DNA of 40,777 nt from Chiloscyllium plagiosum (GCF_004010195.1 NC_057718.1:103109566-103150342), one strand, 5' to 3'. Shown: positions 1 through 12,305, counted from the first letter of the stretch. Made by a program: numbers and translations. Notes: generated from the letters alone by a model not told the origin.

Positions 1-224
1 AAATCACTGGTGTGTTGATAAATACTTCCCTGACACTGTAACAATTGTATCACACTTGATTATTTGGGTGGACAGCCTGCTAACCATTGGTATCAATTGT
101 TCTGACAAAGCAGTAGATTTGTGCTTCTAAGAAATGTGAGCAACTATATTTCTCCTAAATACTGAATTGTGATATGTATCAGTAGATGTGTTTACAAATT
201 TTATTAACATTCAACATTTTCAAA

Positions 225-1165
225 GTCATTATTTATTGCCCATCCCTAGTTGCCCTTGAGAAGGTGGGGGGTGAGCTGCCTTCTTGAACCACTGCAGTCC
301 ATGTGCTGTAGGTAGACCCACAATGCTTTTAGGGAGGAAATTCCAGGATTCTGACCCAGTGACACTGAAGAAACAGCGATATATTTCCAAGTCAGGATGG
401 GAAGTGGTTTGGAGGGAACTTGAAGGTTTATTGACTTTGCTTGTCCTCTAGATGGTAGAGGTTATGGGTTTGGAAGGTGCTGTCTAAGAAGGCTTTCAGC
501 GGGTTTCTGGATTGCAGCTGGTGTGGGTAATCCCTCAAAATGAGGATGAAGTATGGTCGTGACAAGAACATGCATGTGGTCTTTAACATGGGGAGACTGT
601 TATGTGGATCTGGCTGACCAGGAGACCACTTACTATGTGCCATAGATGTATTGGAAGAATTTTCAGACTGATGGTCACACTGTTAAGTAGTATTGTGACA
701 TATCTCCCATGGTCTTCAAGCTTGGATGTGGGATTTGAACACAGAGCGTCTGGTCCAGTGGGAGAGACGCTATCCATTGCATCAGTCCTCTTTTAGCATG
801 TGGGACACACACTGGGGCTAATGTGCACCATTGGTGAAGGAAGTGGATGTTTACAGGGTGCTCATCAAGCTATTGCTTTGTCCTGGATGGTATCAAGCTT
901 TGCAGGTGTTTTTGGAGCAGACAATTGGCAGGTATTCTATCACACTCTTGATTTGAGCTTTGTAGTTGGAGAGCAGATCTTAGGGAGTCAGAACAGAAGT
1001 TATTCAATACAGAATTCTCAGCCACTGACCTACTGTTACAGATAGAGTAATTATATAAATGGTCCCATTAAGTGTCGATTTAATGCAAACCCCTGGGGCA
1101 ATTTGATGATGGCAATGCCTTTGAATCTTCAGGGGAGATTGTTAGATTCTGTCTTGTTGGAGACA
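225..1165 (-). mobile_element. Degenerate 3' part of an L2/CR1-group LINE (family B), interrupted at ~520-795
   Basis: Matches the better copies at 22597-23090 and 33450-34107 (ATCCCTAGTTGCCCTTGAGAAGG...TTCCAAGTCAGGATGG...GCTTTGTCCTGGATGG). Confidence 0.75.
520..790 (-). mobile_element. Old tRNA-derived SINE inserted in the LINE
   Basis: The minus strand of 721-785 reads as a tRNA-like head with B-box-like GTTCAAATCCC. It interrupts otherwise collinear LINE sequence. Confidence 0.5.
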
Positions 1166-1844
1166 ATTTGAGGTCTTTGTGTGACCCAGGTGTGGATCAA
1201 AGTGAATTGTGTAGTAGAACTGCACAATTGCATAAAGGAAACACAAAAAATCTGTTAACAGAGAATGGAACATGTTTTTATTAAATATTTCTTCTCTTAC
1301 AGAGGCTCTTCTCCAGAAAACCATCGAGTTTCTGGCTTTATAGGCCCAGCAATGCTGGGGAGCCTTCAGTTTCATAAGAGATGGTGATACCTTAAGTGTG
1401 CATTGGGGTAGGGAGTAGTAATGGCCCTTTTGATGTGTCTGGCATTTGTTCAGAAACCCCAGCTCAATCCCATCCAATAATTACCATACATGGACTTTCC
1501 ACTTCAAACCCACAAGATAAGAAACCACACAGTAAAAACTCTTTCTACATTTTCCACCTACCGGAACGTACCTGTTGATCCCTCCTCGACCCAGACAGAA
1601 ACACCCTGGATCCATTCTTGTCCCAGTTGAGATCATTAACTAAACACAGTTGAGTAGAGAATTGCCTTGGGATTTTTTTTTTTTGACATTTGCCATTTCA
1701 TAAATGAATTCTTAAAAAATGCAATTCAGCTTTCACTATTATTGCAACAACAATAAGTTGCATTTATATCGAGTCTTTAATGCTCCAGGGGTTCTTACAT
1801 TTGATGCACAGAAGAAATTCCCAGTTTACTTTGCACAGTGTGGT

Positions 1845-2216
1845 GCTTTTTAAAAATGGCCACATCGAGACACTGATTACCAGCGAGGTCCATCGGGGAC
1901 TCATGGTAGTGAGGGGATTGGTGGAGGCAGAGATGGCGCCAGAGAGTGGGTGATTATCATTCCAGCGGGAGCAATGAGGTGAAGGGCACCCATGCCTGGC
2001 CACCAGGCTGCTAGTGGAACAATGAACAAGAAGGACTGTAAAGATGGACACTTGCTTTGTTTCTTCCTTTTTCTGCCTTTATGTTCTATGTTTTGATTTA
2101 TTTTTCTGCGTTTTAAGATGGCACCAGAGAGTAGCAATATTCTGCACCACGTTTCACCATAGCTTTGTAACAAAATACACATGACAATAAATATATCAAA
2201 TAAATAAATCAAATCA
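1845..2216 (+). mobile_element. Probable non-autonomous non-LTR element with Rex/Babar-like 3' tail
   Basis: Ends in TACACATGACAATAAA...AAATCAAATCA. A similar tail lies on the minus strand at ~39760-39845. The 5' boundary is uncertain. Confidence 0.35.
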
Positions 2217-2565
2217 TGATTAAGGGGAAAGTCACACACATGTGGGTATTCATCCACTTTGCATCGCTATTGTTGAAAAAAATGCACATTTTGTTAAAGA
2301 TTTTCATCTTGCATTTATTGAGACAATTTTCAAAGAATACCAATTTAATGGGAACACCAACAGTTCTTTTACATTTACATACCATCAATGTTGAATTACT
2401 ATTCTGGCAAATTGTTCTAACGGGTGCGAAATGAAAAAACATCTACAAAATGTGTCCCTTTTCAGCATGATTCAAATTCTGTACCATCAAGCAACTTGTA
2501 TACGTATATCTAATTGTGCTAACCAGAGCGTTCCAGTCTTCAAAACAAGCAAGAACAAATTTTAT

Positions 2566-2744
2566 CAAAAACTGAAAGAACTGCAGATGCTGTAAATCAA
2601 AAACAAAAACAGAAATTACTGGAAAAGCTCAGCAGGTCTGGCAGCATCCGTGGCGAGAAATCAGAGTTAACGTTTCGGGTCGAGTGACCCATTCTCAGAA
2701 CACTGAGACCTGCTGACCTTTTCCAGCAATTTTGGTCTTTGTTT
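2566..2744 (-). mobile_element. PLE-derived short element, family 2, with inverted arm and degenerate hammerhead
   Basis: Flanked by AAGAACAAATTTTAT (2551-2565) and AAGAACAATGTTTAT (2745-2759). The right arm (~2706-2744) is the reverse complement of ~2600-2639. The minus strand of 2666-2701 is GTT-CTGAGAAT-GGGTC-ACTC-GACCC-GAAAC-GTT-AAC. Confidence 0.75.
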
Positions 2745-5700
2745 AAGAACAATGTTTATATCATAGGAGGAAATCTGTTGGGACAATGCATTGTTGGATT
2801 GTTCTGCCTGTGTATCAGAAACTGTGACAAACCCTTGCCACCATTAGAGGAATGGGAGCAAGTGGTGGATGAGATCCATGCTCTGTCCTGCTTGTCTAAA
2901 AACTTTCTAAAGTCGCAACTGGGTGACTGAAATTGCTAATGTAACTTTCAAACTTCTGTTTAAATATCTTTTTCCCTTAGAACATAATGAGCATATGGCA
3001 TGCACACTCACTTGGAGCTTTGAACGACAGGAGGGACTTTATTCTGAATCTGCATCCTGTCATCAGTGAATCCCAGGATATTTTTTTTGCTAAAACTTAA
3101 GACGTGATTTGCATTTGCCATTCGGATAGAGCTTAATATAATGCCTCTTTACTGCAGGAGCCCTCAATCAGTTAATTAAACATGAAATAAATCACGGCAT
3201 GAATTTGTAAAGTAAGATTAATATGGCGAAGTGAAGGTAATAAAGAAGCATTGCCATTGTCTGAGTGTGAATCAGGAATATGAAGATTACCCTGTTTGAA
3301 ATCAGATAGCTTTGAATGTTCTTTGTGGCTAATCTGTCGGAATGCTTTGTGGAACCTGAAACTCAGAGCTGTCATCTTTAGCCAAGTTCAGCTATAACTT
3401 CCTCAGCTTTCTCCATGAGTTGAACTATCATTTGAGATCCCAAGATCAAACCTTTCGTCAGACAATGGGGCTTCTCAGTCCCACCTGAGACACAGATAAC
3501 ACATTTAATAAATATTTTATCTAAAAATAAAGAGTCGTTCTTTTGGAAGACAAGGAGTACAAAATGCCCTTGATCGCTATATTCGGATAATTTGGAAAGT
3601 TAGATTTATATATTTAATTAGAGAAAATCATATTCTTTTGCAGTGATTAATGCTCTACCATCTTATTAATCTCGCCAATTATAGTAACACAAGATATATG
3701 CTTGAAAAGAACATCAAAGGCTTTTGAATTTTGCGCTGTATGAAGCAAGGGCTATTAATTGATGCAGAAAAAGTGCACTGAAAACACACCTCATAAAAGA
3801 AAATGTTACGTCCATAAAATTTTCAAATAAATGGCAGGACAGAAGAGCTGAAACTTCACACTAGGCGGGCAACTTTAACACTGGATCGAGACTCGAGGTC
3901 ATGGTAGCTTGCGGTAAGTGAGATTTTACAGGATGTTGTAGCTGTTTAATAGCACTTTAATGCCTAATGAGTGTCTGCACAAGCTATTCTGCTTCAGGTA
4001 TGGCAGAGTGATAATGTTAGTTGCACAAGCCTGAGATTCTATTGTTCTCCCTGATATCATGTTCAGTAAGTTGGTAATGAAACTGAAAACAATGAAATAT
4101 GTTTGATGTCATTTACAGAGCACTTATGTCATATTTGATGCTACCTATATCATATTTTGTCTGGCTGAACATTAGGCTTATTGTTTAGTGGAGTTACAGA
4201 TGGTCTGGACAAACTCAGTCCAAAATGACTAAATGTACAAACTCCAGAAGGTCAAATGCAAATCTTTTTTAGCACATTTGACAATCTTTAGAAATTTCAA
4301 ATTATACACCTGCAGAACATTTTCTTTGCTAAGACTGAGATTGGAGAGATACTTTCAAACAATTTGCAAAGTCTTGTAGCAGGTGAAATACTCTCATTGG
4401 ATGGAATTACTGTTCAGGTCTGAACTTATCAGGTCAAAGGAATAGTTACTGTCCAGTGTGGCATTCTGTAGGTCTCTGAGTTGTGATTTATTTGCAGTCT
4501 GGTTAGAACATAGGGCACAGGGGAGCTCTGCACCAAAGCACATACCTAAGTAGTCAGTTCTGCTGTTAACAATGAGCTCCACTGGTGCAAAGTCTGGGGA
4601 GGTGACAAGGGTCATGATTTCTCAGTCCTCAAAGCTAATAAAATATTTTCCATTGACTGCCCTCAGAAAAGAACATTGAACTAATCATCAAAACTAATCA
4701 TCAAAGGATGCTTGCACCAATACTCAACACTTTGTTTGACATTCCAGCAGATTGACAGAGCAAATGAGTTTGACAAACACCTCCTATTCCACACACTTAC
4801 CTGTTCATTGTGCTGCTATTTACAGTAGCCCCTCTGTTATCCTGGTAAATAAGTAAGTTTGGAGTAGAACCTCAGAGAAAGGGAGCCAACCACGGGTATC
4901 TTAGTGTTCTTTTAGAACCACTGAAGAATTTTTAAAAATTGCACAGGAAAGGTTGTAATTGGTATCCAAACACACTAGTGATGAATGAAAAAAGGAAATT
5001 AAATTAATGCCATTGGGACCGACTTTGTCAGAGGCACTAATAGAAGAGGGAAGCAACATATTTAGCAATTGGATAGGGAAAATCATTGCTGGGACTGAGG
5101 TAAAGTGCAAACATGCATCTGCTTTTTTTTATTAAGAGAAACATGAGGAACATTCAATGAGTGCTCTGTTTTTAAAATAGTCATTTTAAAAAAATATTGA
5201 AGACCACAATTAAAGGAGAGCTTTAGACAGACACCTAACACCTCAGGGGTGTATCAAAGGATGTCTCTTTGGAAAGAAACTTGGATAAAAGCCAAGTAAA
5301 GCCCAAATATTGAACAGTGAGGCCTTTCTGCATTCTAATATAAAACTTGGATCAACTTAATCCTAGTGATAAGAATGGCTCCATTTGTTTCCCAATGCAA
5401 TTTGTCATACTTCAGTAGTCATACGTTTGCCTCTGGTGCAGGTTAACATGACATTGAGTGGAAGATCAGAGCTTTTCTGAGAAAAAGGTGTGCAGATTAA
5501 AAGGACTCGAACTAAACCTATTAGAGGCTGATCTGTGCCAAGCCACCTTCCTGTCTGTATCCATCAGAAGTTAAGTTTTCATCAATCGACTTATATGGCC
5601 CCAGGAGTTCAAACAAAGCTGAATGAATCTGATATCACAGCGAGTGAGGTCATGAATAGTGAGGTAATTTCGCTCTCATGACAATATGAAAGGAAACATT

Positions 5701-6068
5701 TAGTCATAAATGGGTACCCTAAGGTCAGCATTTCTCACACTTGCCTCAACTTGGAACTAATTTGTCAACTCATGTTGAAAAATGGATTAAACAATTACAG
5801 CTAGGAACAGGATGAAGGCAGCTGAAATCTGAAGGACACAATGTCCAGCGTGCAGTGTAAGGTTACTGGGAGCTTGTAGTTGCATTGTTGAGCATCACTT
5901 AACCTTGAATGCTGATTGGGTGCGACGTGCAGCAGCATGTATCTGACTAATGCTCTCCTGAACATCTCAACCCTCAAATACCTCTGCAAACAGGAAGACC
6001 TTTGAGAAGAATGTTTCATTCTGATTTGTGAGGCAATTGCTCTTGAGACTCACCGGGGCAAAAAACCT

Positions 6069-7025
6069 GGAGAAAGTGAGGACGGCAGATATTGGAGATC
6101 AGAGTCGAGAATGTGTTGCTGGAAAAGCACAGCAGGTCAGGCAGCATCCGAGGAGCAGGAGAATTGACGTTTCGAGCATAAGCCCTTCATAATAGAATCA
6201 TAGAGATGTACAGCATGGAAAAAGACCCTTAGGTCCAACCTGTTCATGCCGACCAGATATCCCAACCCAATCTAGTTCCACCTGCCAGGCCTATATTCCT
6301 CCAAACCCTTCCTATTCATATACCCATCCAAATGCCTTTTAAATGTTGCAATTGTACCAGCCTTCACTACTTCATCTGGCAGCTCATTCCATACACGTGC
6401 CACCTTCTGCATGAAAAAGTTGCCCCTTAGGTCTCCTTTATGTCTTTCCCCTCTCACTCTAACCCTATGCCCTCTAGGTCTGGACTCCCCCACCTCAGGG
6501 AAAAGACTTTGTCTATTTTCCCTATCCATGCCCCTCATGATTTTATAAACCTTTATAAGTTCACCTCTCAGCCTCCGGTGCTCCAGGGAAAACAGCCCCA
6601 GCCTGTTCAGCCTCTTCCTATAGCTCAAATCCTCCAACCCTGGCAACATCCTTGTAAATCTTTTCTGAATCCTTGGTGTCATCAGGAATGAGGCTTGTGG
6701 GTTGGGGCTGAGAGATAAATGTGTGGGGGAGGGGGAGGAGGAGGTAGGTGGGAAAGCTGGAAAAGGGACACCCACACCCACCAACCCCACCGCCCCCTGG
6801 ATGAACACTTCAACTCTCCCTCCCACTCCATCAAAGACGTGCAGGTCCTGGGCCTCCTCTACCACCAAACCATTACCACCTGATGCCTGGAGGAGGAACA
6901 CCTCATTTTCCACCTTGGGACCCTGCAACCACATAGGATAAATGTGGGTTTCAACAGCTTCCTCATTTCCACTCCCCCCACATTATCCCAGTCCCAAGCC
7001 GCCAACTTGGCACCGCCCTCTGGAC
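6069..7025. mobile_element. Penelope-like element: minus-strand terminal repeat (6069-6190 and 6679-~6765) plus inverted plus-strand GIY-YIG C-terminal fragment (~6765-7025)
   Basis: Terminal-repeat sequence matches the other copies. ~6790-6965 encodes a degenerate EHFNSPSHSIKDVQVLGLL...LEEEHLIFHLGTLQPHRINVGFNSF. Confidence 0.85.
6191..6672 (-). mobile_element. CR1 (HER1-like) LINE 3' end
   Basis: Encodes RFTRMLPGLEDLSY..RLGLFSLEHRRLRGELIKVYKIMRG..RGNFFMQKVARVWNELP..FKRHLDGYM (CR1 ORF2 C-terminus), followed by a CTATGATTCTA-type tail. Confidence 0.92.
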
Positions 7026-7607
7026 AAACAAACTGTCCACAGAGATCCAGTAATGTCTCTCTTCGATTTCTGGATATTAATTTTATTCCAGAAACAGTTG
7101 CAGCAGATCTCCAGGAGCCCAGCAACAAGGATGTCAATAAACAGGCCAAGCAGCCAATCACGTTGAAGAATTCTCAGATTGCGGATGAGGATGTGTTTTT
7201 ATTAATCGTTCACAGGGTATGGGCATTACTGGTTAAAGTGACATTTACTACCATTTCTAGTCACCTTGCAGAAGGTGATGGCAGAAAATGGTGTTCCCAT
7301 AGAGGTCTATAGTAATTACCAAAAGCTTGCAGAACTTAATCAAAAGTAGCTGATGTTTCTTTCATGCTTTGTCAAGCCATAATGCGCTCAGACCAGATGA
7401 CGCTGTCTTTTCCCTCTCTCCAACCTTCTCAAATAGCCACAATAAAAAAATAAAAATCTTGAACATGCAGCTCTAATTCACTCCAATGAAAATGTTTACC
7501 AGAAACAATGGGGGTGGGGGTGAGGCAATTGTAAGGTCTGCTTCAGTGAAATGAAAAGCAATTGTTTTATTTGTTAACCTCCCAAAAAAATGCAATAGCA
7601 AATGTGT

Positions 7608-7830
7608 ACATGCACACACACATACACACGCTCTCTCTCTGACACACAGAAAACTCTCTCTCTGACACACACTCTCTCTCAAATACACACTCTCTCTGAC
7701 ACACACATACACTCTCTCTCTGACACACACATACACTCTCTCCCTCTGACACACACACATTTTCTCTCTCTGACACACATACACACTCTCTCTGAAACAC
7801 ACACACTCTCTCTCTCAGACACACACACTC
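7608..7830. repeat. Compound (CA)n/(CT)n microsatellite with a ~22-bp higher-order unit
   Basis: Repeats of CTCTCTCTGACACACA(CATACA). Confidence 0.95.
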
Positions 7831-7935
7831 GTACAGGTTAGTTTAAAAAGGATGGTGTCCAGCACAAAAAGGAAGATAAAATATGCAGTGTACAGTGCTT
7901 CGGGTGTTATGTTTTCACCTGAAACCCATGATTAA

Positions 7936-8330
7936 ACCATAAAAACATAAGGAATAGGAACAGGAGGAGGCCATTCAGCCCCTCAATCCTGCTCTGCCAT
8001 TCGATAGGATCATGGCAGATCTGACATTCCTCACATCCAATTTCTTGCCTTTCTCCATAATCCTTGATTTTCCGACTGATCAAGAAACTATCCCAGCCTA
8101 AAATGTACACAATGACTCTGCTCCCACAGCTCTCTGTGATGAGCAGTTCCAAAGACTTACAACCCTCAGACAAGAAATCCTCATCTCCATCTTAAATGGG
8201 TGCCCCTTTATTCGGAGGCTGTGCCCTCTAGCCCCAAGCTCTCCCATGAGGGGAAACATCCTCTCAGCATTGACCCTGTCAAGCTCCTTAAGAATCTGAT
8301 ATGTTATAAGATCATCGCTCATTCTTCTCA
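7936..8330 (-). mobile_element. CR1 LINE 3' end (older subfamily)
   Basis: Encodes RRMSDDLITYQILKELDRVNAERMFPLMGELGARGHSLRIKGHPFKMEMR..RVVSLWN, followed by a CTCCTGTTCCTATT..TTATG tail. Confidence 0.88.
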
Positions 8331-9597
8331 ATTACTATCATTAGATTCAAAACCCATTGAACCTTTGCTTATGCATCGCTCATGTTTGGTTAGGAATATT
8401 CTGGAACAATGCCAGCCATAAATATTGCAGATATCTTTGAGGTCTTGATGATCAGATGTCTCTCTCCAGTTTGCATTAGCACTGGGTGGCTTTGTCCTTT
8501 CGGAGACTGGGAGAAAGCAGAAGAAAGAGGGGGATGTTTCCAGTTCCAGTAACAAATCCAGCTCACTGCTTCACCATTAAAACCTCCCTGAAATAATTCT
8601 GGAACTCAGTGTCTGAAATCTTTCTTTTCAAGCTGATTAGTCAAGGTTTCTTTTTTAAAATCTCCAACATATGAACTTCTTGTAAAGGTGTGAATTAAAT
8701 AGGAGCTACAGATATGGTTCGCTGGTTTCAAGGTGCTTGATAATTAGCTAATATCAGTTCGGACTGGTTCTTGTTTATCGATATGTTCATCAAGGCTGGC
8801 TTAACTGTGACAAGAACTATGACCATTTTTAAAAATAATACTTTTAATTTTGAAATCATTTCAGTCCATAACAGTCCTAAAAATTAAAACCTGATTTTGG
8901 ATTTGACAAATTCGTAGCTGATATTTTTCTACTATCATGATGAAGTTCATCATCTGTTCTCCCAATTGAATACAAAAATATATTTGCTTGTTCAGCTTCT
9001 TATTTAATATTTAGGTTCAAAGCAATTCTGCTTCTTATGAACTTCCTATCTCACCCCATAGGTAGCCATTTAAGGACCACTTAATGGCCTCATCCCACTG
9101 CCATTAGAATTAACCCCAGCTGTTGCCATGCTATCTTCCTAAAAGCAGGAAATATGTGGGCTATCTGTTGGCTTGCCAGAGGGTTATTCCCAAATCAAAG
9201 ACATATCACGTCTGATCGAGGACTCGGCTATAGGGCAGTAGCTCGGGAGATGTAACCATTAGCAGACACCTATTCTTCCTTGCTCCTGACCTCTACAGCC
9301 CTCTCTCTCCATATCCCCCACGCCAGGAAACATTACCCTCATCAAGTCCCCACACAAAGACTTTCCCCCACTCCTGGTACTTCAGTGCTGCCCCTCGAAC
9401 TTCTTGATGGGCAGGAAGTCCCAAGGATCTTCTTTTGAATATGTAGCCTGGATCTCTCCATGACTATCTGCACAAACAGCTGCCAACAAAGGAATCTGAC
9501 TCAGGTTTGTGCAACTATGCGTCAGGGAACCCCGACACCATCCAAGCCCCTTTCACAGGCTCCTTTGTGGGTCAGTGTCGTGCGCAGCATGTGCATT

Positions 9598-9700
9598 GGG
9601 CTCTTGTGGAGCAGGGGTAGTGTCCTTACCTCTTGACTAGAAGTTCCAGCTGCTCCAGAAATGAACCTTAACACCCCTGGACAGGCTGATCAGAAAATAC
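9598..9700 (+). mobile_element. Short degenerate tRNA-derived SINE fragment
   Basis: A-box-like TGGAGCAGGGGTAG; resembles the head at 721-785. Confidence 0.35.
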
Positions 9701-10556
9701 CTGCTACACTTGCACTGGGAGTCAGTGTACTGCAGCCACACTGACCAATCAAGATACCACATCAAACTTTACCTCCATTTCCAGGTTCCAAGCCCGGAAG
9801 CCAGGTTGTTCAGTATGACCTTGGGACAAAAGGCCCAGAGCAGATTTTCTTTTCTCTGACCAATTTTATCCGAGTTAGATCTCCATTTGAAACCATTCAT
9901 GAAATGAGTTCTCTTTTGTTGACTGGCTCATGCAAACTGTTCAGGTGAAATAAACCCAGTCTCCCATATCCTTGCTGACACAGTGACATTTTAATACACA
10001 GGATGATAACACCATTACACAGCAAACACACAATGTACTGACGTGCGTTGCCAGCCTGTTACATTTCTGACGGGCACCCAGTGCCAGTTAAGGGAAAACT
10101 TCAGCAATTTGCTCCCGATTCAAGATGTGACAGGTTTTTAAACAATGTAAAATTTATTCATTTTTTCAAATGATTTTTCACTCACTCTCTGTTTACTTTC
10201 CGTCAGATTTCAGACTTGGCCTTGGCTATCGCCTTTCTGTCATTAGTGCCACCAACTGCTTTCAATTTGTCTGCCAACTCCTTTAATGTGTTCCCTTGTC
10301 TTGTGGAAAAGGCTGGTGTTGTAGCAGGTTGTGAGAACAGCCAAGGGAGTATGTGAGCAGTGAACATGAGGGGGATGGACATTAAGATATGGTGCCCTGT
10401 GTTAACCAGAGCAGGGTGTGTCTGTGGGTCTTTCACCTTTTACACCATGTTTAATGATTTTTGTGTCACTCATGTTACAACCTGACAAGGAAGGGAAAAT
10501 CAATTCCCCTCTTTTTAAATCCCCACTTCGTCGGACGCAACAGATATTTTTATTTC

Positions 10557-10632
10557 CTCAGCTCGGTTGGGTGGACGGCTGGTTTGCAATACTAGCAGCG
10601 TGGGTTCAGTTCCTCCACTGGCTGAGGTTCCC
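10557..10632 (+). mobile_element. tRNA-derived SINE head remnant
   Basis: CAGCTCGGTTGG (A-box-like) and GGGTTCAGTTCC (B-box-like). Confidence 0.45.
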
Positions 10633-10896
10633 TAGTTGCCTGTTTTTTAGACTCCAGGTTAGTACTTAAAAAAATAAGTGCTTTGAAATTTCAAACATTT
10701 AGCCATTTTCTTTGTACAACGGCTGTCAAGAAATGGGTGCCTCATGTACTTCATCACGCTATAACTTGACAGTAATGTGCTGGGCAAAGAGAAATGAGCA
10801 GGCCCAAACTGTGGATAAGCAGGTCCCTCCATCTTAAACCACCAGCAAGTTGTCATTTGGTAATGAGTAGCCCTACAGTCTGGCAACCTAACCTTC

Positions 10897-11190
10897 AGTG
10901 TGTCAGCTATAGCTCAATGGATAGCATACTCGCCTGTGAGCCATGAGGCTCTGGGTCTGAGTCCCACTTCAGGTCCAAAGCGAATGAAGTCTAACCTGAC
11001 CCTCCAGTGCAGTGCTGAGGGAGCGCCACACTGTCAGAGGTACTGTCTTTCTGATGAAGAGTTAAAACAAGGCCCCTAGTCCATTGCATGGAGAGGGCCC
11101 AATGGAAGTTCAGCAGCTCTCCCTGGTATGTTAACAATAATCAGCCCTCAGTCAACATCACTGTTAAAAATATCTATCTCCATCATCTGC
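10897..11190 (+). mobile_element. Deu-domain SINE (SacSINE1/AmnSINE1-like)
   Basis: tRNA-like head (TAGCTCAATGG...GGGTCTGAGTCCC) followed by a Deu-core-like CCAGTGCAGTGCTGAGGGAGCGCCACACTGTCAGAGG...CCCTCAGTCAACATCAC. Confidence 0.75.
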
Positions 11191-11211
11191 TAACTCTGAC
11201 ATTCCTTAAGA

Positions 11212-11347
11212 CTTCATTCCTGATGAAGGGCTTTTGCCCAAAACATCGATTCTCCTGCTCCTTGAATGCTGCCTGACCAGCTGTGATTCCCCAGCACCTC
11301 ACTCTCGACTCTGATCTCTAGCATCTACAGTCCTCACTTTCTCAGAG
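11212..11347 (+). mobile_element. Short PLE terminal-repeat insertion with decayed hammerhead
   Basis: TSD ATTCCTT(A/C)AGA at 11201-11211 and 11348-11358. Contains ATTC-CTGATGA-A-GGGC-TTTT-GCCC-AAAACATC (G12 lost). Confidence 0.85.
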
Positions 11348-11399
11348 ATTCCTTCAGAGCTGATGAGATGGAAGCAATTCGAACAAGCAACCAGTAGCC

Positions 11400-11600
11400 T
11401 GGTCAGAAAAGTAGATTTGAAGGAAGGTGTGGAGGATAGTGACTCCTGAGCTTTAGGCCCAGGTAGGTGAAGGGAGGGCCACCAATAGAAAAGTGAATAA
11501 AACCATGGATTGTCCAGAGGTCAGACTGGGAGCAGTACAGAGGGTTGTAGAGACTAAACAGATGAAAGGGCAATTCAAAAGGATGGGGTAGAGGCTGTGT
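11400..11600 (-). mobile_element. Old L2 LINE remnant
   Basis: Degenerate similarity to the L2 3' region also seen at 29690-30030 (minus) and 40320-40460 (plus). Confidence 0.4.
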
Positions 11601-11760
11601 ACATTGGCTATCTTATTATATCTTCCAAATGTTATAACTTTACACAGCATGACAGAATATCAGCTGGAATATACAGGGTTGGTTGAGATACAAGTGAAAA
11701 CTGGCCCTTCAAGTGGTTCGAGTCTCCGATTCTGGAGTAAGATAATGGGAAATTATTTGT

Positions 11761-11850
11761 ATCATAGAACCGTACAATCCCTACAGTGTGGAAACAGGCT
11801 ATTCAGCCCAACAAGTCTACACCAACCCTCCAGAGAGTAACCCTACCCAT
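11761..11850 (-). mobile_element. HE1 SINE 3' fragment
   Basis: CCCTACAGTGTGGAAACAGGC..CAGCCCAACAAGTC matches the HE1 tail of the full copies. Confidence 0.8.
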
Positions 11851-12109
11851 TTCCAGGGCCACAGTTTTCGACAACGATTTGGAGCTGTTGAATAGCCATG
11901 TCAGATTATCTACACTGTCAGCTAGGATGGCCAATAGGTTCTAGCACCTTCCATCTAGTTATTCGGAGTTGCTATCTAATTTCTAACTGGTTGTATTCTA
12001 ACAAACTAATTGTTAGATTCAACATTGTTTTATGTCACTTTGCAGGATCTAAAACAAATTTTAAACAGTCTTGAGGAAATTACTCTAAAATGTCTTTCAG
12101 TTGAATTGT

Positions 12110-12305
12110 CTATTGAGGAGACTGGGAGTGTTCGGCCTATGTTGTTTAGAAGATCGAGAGATGATTAACCAAAACCGCCTAGGTGCTGAGAAAATGCTTT
12201 CTCTCCTGGTTGAGCAATCTAGTATAGATGTTTGGATATTAAGTGAATTAAGGGGATGGTGTGGTAAGGTGGGATTAAGGCAGATGACCATCCATGACTG
12301 ATGAG
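12110..12305 (+). mobile_element. Highly degenerate CR1 3' remnant
   Basis: LRRLGVFGLCCLE..AEKMLSLLVEQS resembles the CR1 ORF2 C-terminus. Confidence 0.45.

Noticed and set aside
1303..1387. Possible plus-strand exon after TTCTCTTACAG
   Set aside because: No recognisable peptide and only a mediocre donor.
5905..5983. Minus-strand exon after acceptor TCTTCCTGTTTGCAG
   Set aside because: Weak donor, unrecognised peptide, no partner exons.
6272..6934. 220-aa ORF as a host gene
   Set aside because: Chance fusion of antisense PLE sequence and a CR1 ORF2 C-terminus.
7473..7841. Cys/Val- and His/Thr-rich ORFs
   Set aside because: Translations of a microsatellite.
10203..10436. Minus-strand ORF ending LKELADKLKAVGG..KAKSEI
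   Set aside because: Looks helical but has no recognisable homology; short ORFs like this are expected by chance.
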